51,256 bases of DNA from an uncultured Clostridia bacterium (GCA_946484195.1 CAMLSW010000001.1:1-51256), one strand, 5' to 3'; shown: positions 38,601-46,558, counted from the first letter of the stretch. Numbers and translations: made by a program. The notes: generated by a model from the letters alone, not told the origin.

Positions 38601-39400
38601 CTCGTATGAATATCGGTCAGGTTATGGAAGTGCACCTTGGACTTGTTGCCAAAACTCTTGGCTGGAAGGTTGCAACTCCTGCCTTCGACGGCGCTACAAT
38701 CTCAGATATTAAACAACTTTTAGTTGAAAATAATTTCCGTCCAGATGGTAAAGTGCAATTGTATGATGGTAGAACTGGTGAGCCATTTGACAACCTTTCT
38801 ACTATCGGCATTAAGTATATGTTAAAACTTGAACATATGGTTGACTCAAAGATTCACGCACGTTCAATCGGACCTTATGCACTTATCACACAACAACCAC
38901 TTGGAGGTAAATCACTCTTTGGTGGACAAAGATTTGGTGAAATGGAAGTTTGGGCTCTTGAAGCTTATGGTGCAAGCCATATCTTACAAGAGATGCTTAC
39001 AGTTAAGTCGGATGACCTCAATGGTAGACTTAAGACATATGAGTCAATAATCAAAGGACTTCCAATTGCAGAGCCTGGCATTCCAGAGTCATTTAAGGTT
39101 CTTGTTAAAGAGTTGCAAGCTCTTGGACTTGACATCAAGATTTTAACTGAAGGCGATAAAGAAATATCACTTAACGAGCTTAGTCAAGACGAGCAAGACG
39201 CTCCAAATACAACCCTTGCTCAAGACACTGAGAAAGACCTTGAAGAAGGCATCTTCGACTTTGATAGCCAGCCAGATAACAAACTGTCAGCAGAGGAGCA
39301 AGAAGAGAAAGACCTTCAAGATGTATTTGAAGAAAGCACTAAGAATGACAACCTTGATAATCTTGACATCTTTGATGACTTTGGCGACTTTGACGAGTAG
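35684..39400 (+). CDS. rpoB: DNA-directed RNA polymerase subunit beta (1,238 aa, with an acidic C-terminal extension)
   Basis: Full-length collinear RpoB signatures are present (GDKMAGRHGNKGVVS, PSRMNIGQ, GGQRFGEMEVWALEAYGA). AAGGAGA RBS upstream. Confidence 0.97.
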   Translation: MSVKLNVVKQGKTERYTFGSAKELIKVPPLLEIQKKSYKDFLEKGIKSVLDEFFPLTDYSGKAKLYITEILPFAKPKYDIKECKRRGATYSSPLKVKARFVVEETGQAVEQEVFMGDVPMMTEQGSFIYNGIERVVINQIVRAPSVYLSREKDNNATLRAQVIPVHGAWIEIEQGASENLKIVLERKNKISLGVFLKCFGFTNEEILRCFGNNRYIKNVIEKEPQTTQEEALLEFSRKTRPADVPSVESTRSFLNVSFFTDAYYNLSNVGRYKFNKKLGLKNRLPGLINAEDIVVDDELLVRAGEEFTAESAKKVQNAGVNEVWVQVNGKKHLMRGNNRVTLSEVFPCNQEEFGIFEDVYYPVLNQILTENKTKEKKLEAIKNSAKDLIITTLTMDDILATISVYLDVLEGIAGIDKIEHLSNKRVATVGELTCNDFRKGVTKLATNIKETLQGREFEEVTPSQIMNPKAVNKALRDFFSQSQLSQIMDQKNPLSGITQKRRVSAIGPGGIRKERADPEIRDIHFTHYGRICPVETPEGQSIGLINTLATYVKVNDYGLLESPYRVVDKERGVVTKDIVYKMADVENESYIAQAIEPLDEEGHFINKRVMCRHGSVNEEVPASKVDYMDVSPRQMISVATSLIPFVNGDEANRALMGANMQRQAVPVLRPEAPVVGTGMEAIAARDSGCVILAKRAGKVTYVSADEIRVLTEKGDEDIYTLTKFAKANDDICFNQRPCVKKGEMVEEGDVLTDGYSTENGELAVGKNVLVGYMNWEGQNFEDAILINERLVKDDVYTSITLYDQEIKCRTTKLGDEVITRDIPNLGEDALKDLDENGIIRIGAEVHTNDILVGKVTPKGETDLTPEERLLRAIFGDKARDVRDTSLRVQHGKGGVVVDVQVFSKKNKDDLEPGVTMVVRVTIAQKRKISVGDKMAGRHGNKGVVSIVLPEADMPFLSNGTPLDIVLSPLGIPSRMNIGQVMEVHLGLVAKTLGWKVATPAFDGATISDIKQLLVENNFRPDGKVQLYDGRTGEPFDNLSTIGIKYMLKLEHMVDSKIHARSIGPYALITQQPLGGKSLFGGQRFGEMEVWALEAYGASHILQEMLTVKSDDLNGRLKTYESIIKGLPIAEPGIPESFKVLVKELQALGLDIKILTEGDKEISLNELSQDEQDAPNTTLAQDTEKDLEEGIFDFDSQPDNKLSAEEQEEKDLQDVFEESTKNDNLDNLDIFDDFGDFDE

Positions 39401-39644
39401 GATAGTTTTTAAACACAAATAAGATGGAATTATCCAAAGATTTTAAAGTCAAAGAGAAGTCTATTAATATTACAAAAAGTGATATTGCAAGATTAAACTC
39501 TAAAATCAAAGAATAGAACTAAATGCGGATGCTAGACTTAAAGGTCTTGCTTCCGCACGAAAAAACAACAAAATGGAAGAATTTGAAGAATTAGAGAGAT
39601 AATTTACAAGTTAATAGTAAAGAAAATTATAATAGGGGAATGTT

Positions 39645-42600
39645 ATGTTTGAACTTAATAATTTTGAAAAAATTAGAATAGGTATTGCTTCACCTGAGAA
39701 AATCAGAGAATGGTCTCACGGCGAAGTTACTAAGCCAGAAACTATAAACTACCGAACTCAAAAGCCTGAGAGAGACGGTCTTTTTTGCGAAAAGATTTTC
39801 GGACCTAGAAAGGACTGGGAATGTCAGTGCGGAAGATACAAAAGAGTTCGCTATAAGGGTGTAGTGTGCGACAAATGTGGCGTAGAAGTTACTAGAGCCA
39901 AAGTAAGACGTGAAAGAATGGGGCATATCGAACTTGCTTCCCCTTGTACTCATATTTGGTATTTTAGAAATATTCCATCAAAGATAGGAACACTTCTTGA
40001 AATGACACCAAAGCTTCTTGAGCAAGTTGTATACTATGTTTGTTATGTCGTTCTTGACCCTAAGAAGACAGACCTTGCCTACAAGCAAGTTATAACAGAC
40101 AAAGAGTATGCAGAGGCTTGCGAGAAGTATGGCGCTGATGCTTTTGAAGTTGGTATGGGCGCAGAGGCTATCAAGAGATTACTTGGCGAAGTGGACCTTG
40201 CAAAAGAGTCTAAAATGCTTAAAGAGTCACTTAACACCTTAAAGGGTCAACGCAAGATTAAAGCAATGAAAAAACTTGACGTTGTTGAGTCTTTCTTGAC
40301 TTCTGGTAACAACCCAACTTGGATGGTACTTGATGTTATTCCTGTTCTTCCACCAGACCTCAGACCAATGGTTCCTCTGGATGGTGGTAGATATGCAACA
40401 AGTGACCTCAATGACCTTTACAGACGTGTTATCAACAGAAACAATCGTCTTAAAAAACTTATGGAACTTGGCGCACCTGACGTTATCGTTCGTAACGAAA
40501 AACGTATGCTCCAAGAGGCTGTTGATAACCTTATCGATAATGGTAAACGTGGCAAAGCCGTTCAAAGCTCTAAGCAAAGAGACCTTAAGTCTCTTACTGC
40601 AATGCTTGGTGGTAAACAAGGACGTTTCAGATTGAACCTTCTTGGTAAACGTGTTGACTACTCAGGGCGCTCTGTTATCGTAGTTGGACCAGAGCTTAAG
40701 ATGTATCAATGCGGACTTCCAAAAGAGATGGCTCTTGAGCTTTTCAAGCCATTCATTATGAACAGACTTGTAGACCTTAATAAGTCTCACAACATCAAGT
40801 CTGCAAAGCGTATGATTGAAAAGGAAAAGCCTGTTGTTTGGGATATTTTGGCAGAGGTTATTAAAGACCACCCAGTATTCTTAAACCGTGCTCCAACACT
40901 TCACAGACTTTCAGTCCAAGCTTTTGAACCTGTACTTGTTGAAGGTAAGGCAATTAAACTTCACCCAGCTTGTTGTGAAGCCTTCAATGCCGACTTCGAC
41001 GGTGACCAAATGTCAGTACACGTTCCACTTTCTATCGATGCAAGAACAGAAGCAAGAACTCTTATGCTTGCATCAAACAATATACTTAAATTATCAAATG
41101 GTGAGCCTATTGTTACACCATCACAAGATATCGTTCTTGGTTGCGCTTATATGACAATGCTTAAGCCTGGCGCAAAGGGTGAGGGCAATATATACGCATC
41201 TAAAGAAGAGGCAATCATTGCATATCAAACTCAAAACCTTCATATCCAAGCTAAGATAAAGGTTAGAATGGAAAAAGAGGTTGATGGCAAGAAATATTCT
41301 AAGATTATTGAAACTTCAGTAGGTAGAATATTATTTAATGAGCAAATTCCTCAAGACCTCGGCTTTGTTGATAGGTCAAAGGAAGAGAATATTTGCGAAC
41401 TTGAATTTAATAGAGATGTTATTAAGAAAGACCTTCGTGCAATTCTTGCAAGTGCATATGATAAGTATGGCGCAACAGCCTGCGCTAAACTTGTAGATAA
41501 GATTAAAGAGACAGGTTATAAGTATTCAACACTTGGCGCTCTTACTGTTAGTGCGTTTGATATCGAAGAACCAAAAGAAAAGCAAGCAATTCTGCAAGAA
41601 TCTGACCAAAAAGCCCTTGAAAACGAAAAACTTTTCAGACGTGGTCTTATCACTTATGACGAAAAGGTTAAGGATAATATTGAACTTTGGGAAGAGACCA
41701 AGGCTAAGGTTGGTAAAGCGTTGTTTGAAGAAATGGATGACTTAAATCCATTTAAAGTTATGTGTAACTCTGGTGCGCGTGGTTCTAAAGACCAGCTTAA
41801 CGCTCTTTGTGGTATGTCTGGTATTAAAACAACTGCATCAGGTGAAAAGATTGACGTTCCTATTAAGTCATCTTTCGTTCACGGACTTACACCTATCGAA
41901 TATTTCTTAACCGCTCGTGGTATTAGAAAAGGTCTTACCGATACAGCTCTTAAGACAGCCGACTCAGGTTACCTTACAAGACGTCTTGTTGATATCTCTC
42001 AAGATGTTGTTATCACAACTGAGGACTGCTTTGCAGACGCTGGCGAAAAGGTTAAAGGCGTTTACGTAACAGACCTTGTAGTTGACGGCGTTGTTCAAGA
42101 ATCACTTGCTGAAAGAGTATATGGCAGGGTTGCAGTTGAAGATATCGTTAACCCTCAAACAGGCGAGCTTATCGTTGAAGGCAACACTATGATTACTAAG
42201 GAGCAATCTGAGGAGATTGAAAAGGCAGGTATTAAAAAGGTTCAAATCCGCTCACTCTTCACTTGTCGTTGCAAACACGGCGTTTGTGCTAAGTGTTATG
42301 GTAGAGACCTGTCTAATAAAGGTATGGTTACAATCGGCGAGGCTGTAGGTATAGTTGCCGCTCAGTCAATCGGTGAGCCAGGAACTCAGCTTACAATGAG
42401 AACCTTCCACTCAGGCGGTGTTGCTTCCGCTCTTGATATTACCCAAGGACTTCCTCGTGTTGAAGAAATCTTTGAGGCAAGAAGACCAAAAGGTGAGGCA
42501 CTTCTTTCTGAGGTTGCAGGCAAACTTACAATCAAGCAAGATGCTAAATACTATTACTTCACAGTTGCATCTCGTGAAGGCGATATAGAGTACGAGGCTA

Positions 42601-43217
42601 AAAAACCAGTTGTACTTCTTGTTAAGAATGGTGACACTGTTGAGCCAGGAACTCAACTTACCGCTGGTGCAATCAATCCACCAGACTTGCTTAGAATGAC
42701 AGGTGTTAAAGGACTTCAAGAATACCTGCTCAATCAAGTTATATCAACATATAGAGGTCAAGACGTTAAAGTTAATGATAAGCACGTTGAAATCATCATT
42801 AGACAGATGCTTAAAAAGGTTAAAGTTGAAAATGCAGGCGATACAAACTTACTTCCAGGAGAAATTGTTGACGTTTATCGCGTAGACGAAGAAAACAACA
42901 AAATTCTTCAAGAGGGCGGTGTACCTGCCACTGTTAAGAGAATACTTTTAGGTATTACAAAGGCATCTCTTTCAACCGAGAGTTTCCTATCAGCTGCTTC
43001 CTTCCAAGAGACCTCAAGAACCTTGACAGAGGCTTCAGTAAAAGGTAAAATTGATAACCTTATAGGTCTTAAAGAGAATGTCATTATTGGAAAACTTATT
43101 CCAGCTGGTACTGGTATCAAGAGATACCGCTCAGTTATGCCAATTCTTGTAAAAGATGAAGAAGAGCCAACTGAAACCACATCTATTTTTGACAATGTAG
43201 ACAATATTGCTGAATAA
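39645..43217 (+). CDS. rpoC: DNA-directed RNA polymerase subunit beta-prime
   Basis: The zinc-binding [20 protein letters not shown], the catalytic NADFDGDQM, and the trigger-loop and C-terminal regions are present. GGGGA RBS upstream. Confidence 0.97.
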   Translation: MFELNNFEKIRIGIASPEKIREWSHGEVTKPETINYRTQKPERDGLFCEKIFGPRKDWECQCGRYKRVRYKGVVCDKCGVEVTRAKVRRERMGHIELASPCTHIWYFRNIPSKIGTLLEMTPKLLEQVVYYVCYVVLDPKKTDLAYKQVITDKEYAEACEKYGADAFEVGMGAEAIKRLLGEVDLAKESKMLKESLNTLKGQRKIKAMKKLDVVESFLTSGNNPTWMVLDVIPVLPPDLRPMVPLDGGRYATSDLNDLYRRVINRNNRLKKLMELGAPDVIVRNEKRMLQEAVDNLIDNGKRGKAVQSSKQRDLKSLTAMLGGKQGRFRLNLLGKRVDYSGRSVIVVGPELKMYQCGLPKEMALELFKPFIMNRLVDLNKSHNIKSAKRMIEKEKPVVWDILAEVIKDHPVFLNRAPTLHRLSVQAFEPVLVEGKAIKLHPACCEAFNADFDGDQMSVHVPLSIDARTEARTLMLASNNILKLSNGEPIVTPSQDIVLGCAYMTMLKPGAKGEGNIYASKEEAIIAYQTQNLHIQAKIKVRMEKEVDGKKYSKIIETSVGRILFNEQIPQDLGFVDRSKEENICELEFNRDVIKKDLRAILASAYDKYGATACAKLVDKIKETGYKYSTLGALTVSAFDIEEPKEKQAILQESDQKALENEKLFRRGLITYDEKVKDNIELWEETKAKVGKALFEEMDDLNPFKVMCNSGARGSKDQLNALCGMSGIKTTASGEKIDVPIKSSFVHGLTPIEYFLTARGIRKGLTDTALKTADSGYLTRRLVDISQDVVITTEDCFADAGEKVKGVYVTDLVVDGVVQESLAERVYGRVAVEDIVNPQTGELIVEGNTMITKEQSEEIEKAGIKKVQIRSLFTCRCKHGVCAKCYGRDLSNKGMVTIGEAVGIVAAQSIGEPGTQLTMRTFHSGGVASALDITQGLPRVEEIFEARRPKGEALLSEVAGKLTIKQDAKYYYFTVASREGDIEYEAKKPVVLLVKNGDTVEPGTQLTAGAINPPDLLRMTGVKGLQEYLLNQVISTYRGQDVKVNDKHVEIIIRQMLKKVKVENAGDTNLLPGEIVDVYRVDEENNKILQEGGVPATVKRILLGITKASLSTESFLSAASFQETSRTLTEASVKGKIDNLIGLKENVIIGKLIPAGTGIKRYRSVMPILVKDEEEPTETTSIFDNVDNIAE

Positions 43218-43220
43218 TTT

Positions 43221-43251
43221 AAAAAGACTTGCATTTTTGCAAGTCTTTTTT
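43221..43251 (+). terminator. intrinsic terminator of rpoC
   Basis: AAAAAGACTTGCA / TGCAAGTCTTTTT form a stem with loop TTTT, followed by a T-run. Confidence 0.8.
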
Positions 43252-43412
43252 GCTTATAAATAGATGTATTTGTTTGTATTAAATTATAAAAACTTTCTTA
43301 AATTGTAGCTCATTAAAAGTGAGAAAATAGTAAAAATATAAAAATCAAAACACTAAATGAAGTGCACCCAAAATAGGTAGATTTTTATTTTACGTAAATT
43401 AGGGTGTAATGA

Positions 43413-43784
43413 TTAATTTTTATCCTTTTTACTTTTTGTTTTTTGTAATTCTTTTTTACTAGCTAATAGCAATTCTATATCACAATTTAAGTTGTCGTAA
43501 TTTCTGTTTACTTTATTTTCAAGGTCATCAATTCTTTCTCTTAATGCCTTAATATCCTTTTCTTGCTTAATTATTGTGTTTTTCATATAAGCAATGCTGT
43601 ATAGACAAGCGGTATTTATCAATCCTACAACGACTATAGCGATTGTAGGGAATATGTATCCGAAAATAGCAGAAAAAATAGTTAATATAATTGTTGCACC
43701 TAATTCAATATGTCCAAGATAGAAAAATATATTATTCATTGAATATTCTTCATCAAATTTAGATTTTTTATTCTTTTCTTCCAT
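43413..43784 (-). CDS. hypothetical small membrane protein with a C-terminal coiled coil (123 aa)
   Basis: It has two adjacent TM helices (ATIILTIFSAIFGYIFPTIAIVVVGLINTACLYSIAY). A heptad-like charged tail follows (KQEKDIKALRERIDDLENKV...). The gene is visibly more AT-rich than neighbouring genes. No clear RBS is present. Confidence 0.45.
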   Translation of the reverse strand: MEEKNKKSKFDEEYSMNNIFFYLGHIELGATIILTIFSAIFGYIFPTIAIVVVGLINTACLYSIAYMKNTIIKQEKDIKALRERIDDLENKVNRNYDNLNCDIELLLASKKELQKTKSKKDKN

Positions 43785-44009
43785 AATAATATAACCTTTT
43801 AATTATTTTATAAAAATCAAAAAAAATGATTTCCGATACTAAAACATTTTATTTGTGATGACTTCTAATTTTTTACACAAAATATTAATTTGCAGGGGAC
43901 TCCATAATATCACCCAAAAATCTTACGATTTTCGGGGAACCCCGAAACGAAAATTTCGAGTGATATCATTGGGTTGTTATAATTGTGTCTATTTATATAT
44001 TGACTTTTT

Positions 44010-44061
44010 CTTCCATCTCTAAGTCGCGCTAAATTCACAAAGTGAATTTACGTTTGGCGCG
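44010..44061. repeat. copy 1 of a perfect 52-bp direct repeat
   Basis: CTTCCATCTCTAAGTCGCGCTAAATTCACAAAGTGAATTTACGTTTGGCGCG is identical to 44264-44315. It contains a nested hairpin (CGCGC...AAATTCAC/AAA/GTGAATTT...GCGCG). Confidence 0.9.
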
Positions 44062-44222
44062 GTAAGAGAAAGAGCGCCACCGCCACGTCACAAACTACGC
44101 TCAGACTAAGTTGCTATTGCAACTTTAGCGTTATCGCTCGTTTGCTCCTCTACCCCACAAATTTTTCAATTTGCGGGGAACCCCAAAAAATGCAAGCACG
44201 AAACTAGGCAGAAGCGTAGAAT

Positions 44223-44263
44223 AAAAAAATACAAACTATTTATTTTATAATAAAAAGTTTGTA
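44223..44263 (-). terminator. minus-strand intrinsic terminator ending the tRNA-Glu transcription unit
   Basis: On the minus strand, TACAAACT/AGTTTGTA (8 bp) plus an inner TTTATT/AATAAA (6 bp) form a stem with a 4-nt loop, followed by T7 (the complement of A-run 44223-44229). Confidence 0.55.
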
Positions 44264-44315
44264 CTTCCATCTCTAAGTCGCGCTAAATTCACAAAGTGAA
44301 TTTACGTTTGGCGCG
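44264..44315. repeat. copy 2 of the perfect 52-bp direct repeat
   Basis: Identical to 44010-44061. It lies in the 3' trailer of tRNA-Glu, immediately upstream (in the minus sense) of the terminator. Confidence 0.9.
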
Positions 44316-44388
44316 AGCAAAGAAAATTTCGAGTGATATTGTGAGCCTGCACAAAGTGCAGGAACACCTGAGCGTAGAAATTTTCTTC

Positions 44389-44463
44389 TGGTAGCCTTAA
44401 GGGGAATCGAACCCCTGATTCAGCCGTGAGAGGGCTGCGTCTTAACCGCTTGACCATAAGGCC
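44389..44463 (-). tRNA. tRNA-Glu (anticodon CUC), CCA-encoded, 75 nt
   Basis: The reverse complement is GGCCTTATGGTCAAGCGGTTAAGACGCAGCCCTCTCACGGCTGAATCAGGGGTTCGATTCCCCTTAAGGCTACCA. It folds by hand into a cloverleaf with a 7-bp acceptor stem (G1-U71 wobble). The anticodon stem is CAGCC/GGCTG with loop CU-CUC-AC. The T-arm is AGGGG-TTCGATT-CCCCT. The D-arm TGGTCAAGCGGTTAAGAC is the typical Firmicute tRNA-Glu D-arm. Confidence 0.9.
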
Positions 44464-44480
44464 TTATTGTTTACTTTTGT

Positions 44481-44509
44481 ATTATAGCAAATTTTTACAT
44501 CATTTGCAA
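44481..44509 (-). promoter_or_regulatory. sigma-A promoter of tRNA-Glu (minus strand)
   Basis: On the minus strand: TTGCAA (44509-44504), a 17-nt spacer, then an extended -10 TGcTATAAT (44489-44481). The -10 hexamer ends 17 nt upstream of tRNA position 1. Confidence 0.65.
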
Positions 44510-44541
44510 GCATTTTTTTATGATTTATTGAAGATATTATT

Positions 44542-44569
44542 TTGTTTTTTGCAAAACTTAGGCTATAAT
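44542..44569 (+). promoter_or_regulatory. candidate promoter of the patatin-like gene
   Basis: TTGTTT (44542-44547), a 16-nt spacer, then TATAAT (44564-44569). An AGGAGAG RBS precedes ATG 44586. Confidence 0.45.
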
Positions 44570-44585
44570 CTTATTAGGAGAGACT

Positions 44586-45413
44586 ATGTTTGGTAAAAAA
44601 ATAAAGATTGGCATTGCTTTTGGAGGTGGTGGAACGAGGGGGTTCTCACATCTTGGGGCAATTAAAGCTTTTGAAGAATTTGGTTTAAAATTTGATTTTG
44701 TAGCTGGAACGAGTGCCGGTAGTTTAGTTGGCGCTTTTTATTCCGCTGGCTACACCTTTAATCAAATGTATGATATTGTAAAAAATATTAGAGAAAAAGA
44801 TATACGCAGAAATTTAATACCATTCACGCCTTCAAAGATTGATGGTGTAGGCGAAATTATTACCGAGCACTTAGGCGATATCAATATTGAAGATTTAAAA
44901 ATTCCGTTTGCTGCGGTTGCTGTTGATATAAAATCAACCAAAGAGATATGTCTTGCAAAGGGTAACCTTGCCAAAGCGGTTATGGGAAGCTGTGCTGTTC
45001 CTGGTGTTTTTACGCCTGTCATTTACAAGGATATGATTTTATGCGATGGTGGTCTTCAAAACACTATTCCTGCCGATGTTCCAAGGTACTTTGGTTGTGA
45101 TTATGTCATATCGGTAGACGTCAATAAATCAAGGACTTATGGCACAGAAAGCACAAAAGTTTTAGATGTGCTCACGTGTTCTATAAGAATACTTATGAAA
45201 AGTAATGCGGTAAGAGGTTACGTTAACTCAGATGTAATTATAGCGCCAGAAACTAAGCGTTTTAAGTCCACCAAAACTGATGGTATGGATGATATGATTG
45301 AGGAAGGCTATAAAGCAACAATAGATGTTATGCCACAAATTATGGAGATTTTTAACAAGCGTAGACGACATAAATTAAAGGCATTCCCTAGTGATATTAC
45401 GATATTAAAATGA
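44586..45413 (+). CDS. patatin-like phospholipase (RssA-type)
   Basis: It has the oxyanion GGGGTRG, the nucleophile elbow GTSAGS, and DGG with the catalytic Asp (LCDGGLQN). Confidence 0.85.
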   Translation: MFGKKIKIGIAFGGGGTRGFSHLGAIKAFEEFGLKFDFVAGTSAGSLVGAFYSAGYTFNQMYDIVKNIREKDIRRNLIPFTPSKIDGVGEIITEHLGDINIEDLKIPFAAVAVDIKSTKEICLAKGNLAKAVMGSCAVPGVFTPVIYKDMILCDGGLQNTIPADVPRYFGCDYVISVDVNKSRTYGTESTKVLDVLTCSIRILMKSNAVRGYVNSDVIIAPETKRFKSTKTDGMDDMIEEGYKATIDVMPQIMEIFNKRRRHKLKAFPSDITILK

Positions 45414-46558
45414 AAATTGACAAGAAAAGATTAAAGAAAAAATTTGATGAAAAATATACAAAAGCAAAATACTATCTATCACGAAGTGATATTATTTTTC
45501 GTGCGAGCTTAACGCTGCTGTTAACTACCATTTTTGTGATACTATTTTTTGCTTTTGGTGGCAATTTATATTTTACCAGTGTCCGCGCGGTCAGCGAATT
45601 TAAAGGTTATCCTTTGCAGGTCCACGCCATAAACGTTGGGCAAGGAGACTGCACACTGATTAAATTTCCAAACAACGAAACAATGTTAATTGACGCTGGC
45701 AGAAGTGGTGAGGGTGAAAGAGTTGTTTCCTACCTTAAAAACTTTTTCAAAAATGAAGGCTTAAATAAGATTAATTATCTTGTTTTGACGCATTCTGACT
45801 CAGACCACATAGGCGGCGCAATCGATGTGCTACAAAATATAGAGGTTGACACCGTTTATAGACCAAATATTTACACACAAGAGGAAGCAGATGAGCTCAC
45901 CGACGGCTCACAAGTCTATGTGGTAGACACTCAAACATATAACACCATAATTGACTTGATAGGGCAAAAAGAATGCAATGTTGTTGTCACGAAGTCGGGC
46001 GAAAGTATGAATTTAGGTGGTGCACGTGTCGAGTTTTTGTCGCCAAATGAAGAATATTATAGTGACAGCAACAGTTTTAGCGCGGTTATTATGATAACTT
46101 ACCAAACGAAAAAGTTTCTGTTTATGGGTGATGCAGGTGTTGACATAGAAAGTGTGCTTATAGAAGAATATGGTAGCTACCTCGATGCTGATGTACTAAA
46201 AGTAGGACATCACGGCTCAGCCACCTCGTCATCAGACGCTTTTCTTGAAATAGTAAGTCCTAGTTATAGTCTTATGTACATATCTTCAAATAAAGATTTT
46301 CCAGACACCTCGGTTGTCAATAAATTAAGAGAACTTGGAAGCGAAATTTATTCGACTTATTTAGAAGGCGACTTTGCAATGACGGTTTATGATAATAGCA
46401 TCATATTTGCAGACGCGCCTGAGCCGTCCTTTGATATAGCCCTTTTAATCTCAATTTATGTGATACTCGTGCTGTTAACCTGGGGAATAAAAAATTCAGT
46501 CCCAACCTTGACAAAACCGCGTAAGGTAAAAAATAAAACACTGCAAGAGGGTGATTAA
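45410..46558 (+). CDS. membrane-anchored metallo-beta-lactamase protein of the ComEC/Rec2 C-terminal-domain type (no ComEC channel domain)
   Basis: An ATGA overlap with the patatin gene is present. It has an N-terminal TM, VHAINVGQGDCTLIKFPNNETMLIDAG, LVLTHSDSDHIGG, FMGDAG, VGHHGS, and a C-terminal TM (IALLISIYVILVLLTWGI). Confidence 0.8.
   Translation: MKIDKKRLKKKFDEKYTKAKYYLSRSDIIFRASLTLLLTTIFVILFFAFGGNLYFTSVRAVSEFKGYPLQVHAINVGQGDCTLIKFPNNETMLIDAGRSGEGERVVSYLKNFFKNEGLNKINYLVLTHSDSDHIGGAIDVLQNIEVDTVYRPNIYTQEEADELTDGSQVYVVDTQTYNTIIDLIGQKECNVVVTKSGESMNLGGARVEFLSPNEEYYSDSNSFSAVIMITYQTKKFLFMGDAGVDIESVLIEEYGSYLDADVLKVGHHGSATSSSDAFLEIVSPSYSLMYISSNKDFPDTSVVNKLRELGSEIYSTYLEGDFAMTVYDNSIIFADAPEPSFDIALLISIYVILVLLTWGIKNSVPTLTKPRKVKNKTLQEGD

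Noticed and set aside
39424-39516. 30-codon ORF (MELSKDFKVKEKSINITKSDIARLNSKIKE) in the rpoB-rpoC spacer.
   Set aside because: It has no Shine-Dalgarno or promoter geometry, its composition is typical of A-rich spacer, and there is nothing to suggest a conserved peptide.
43931-44184. GGGGAACCCC palindromes as duplicated tRNA T-arm fragments marking att sites of an element integrated at tRNA-Glu.
   Set aside because: The similarity to the tRNA T-arm (GGGGAATCGAACCCC) is limited to the G4/C4 runs. No extended match to the tRNA 3' end exists and no integrase is present.
43890-44340. Possible CRISPR array, suggested by the perfect repeats in a non-coding region.
   Set aside because: There are only two copies of a 52-bp repeat, far longer than CRISPR repeats. 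They are separated by ~200 bp of structured sequence, the repeat-spacer periodicity is not regular, and there are no cas genes in the window.
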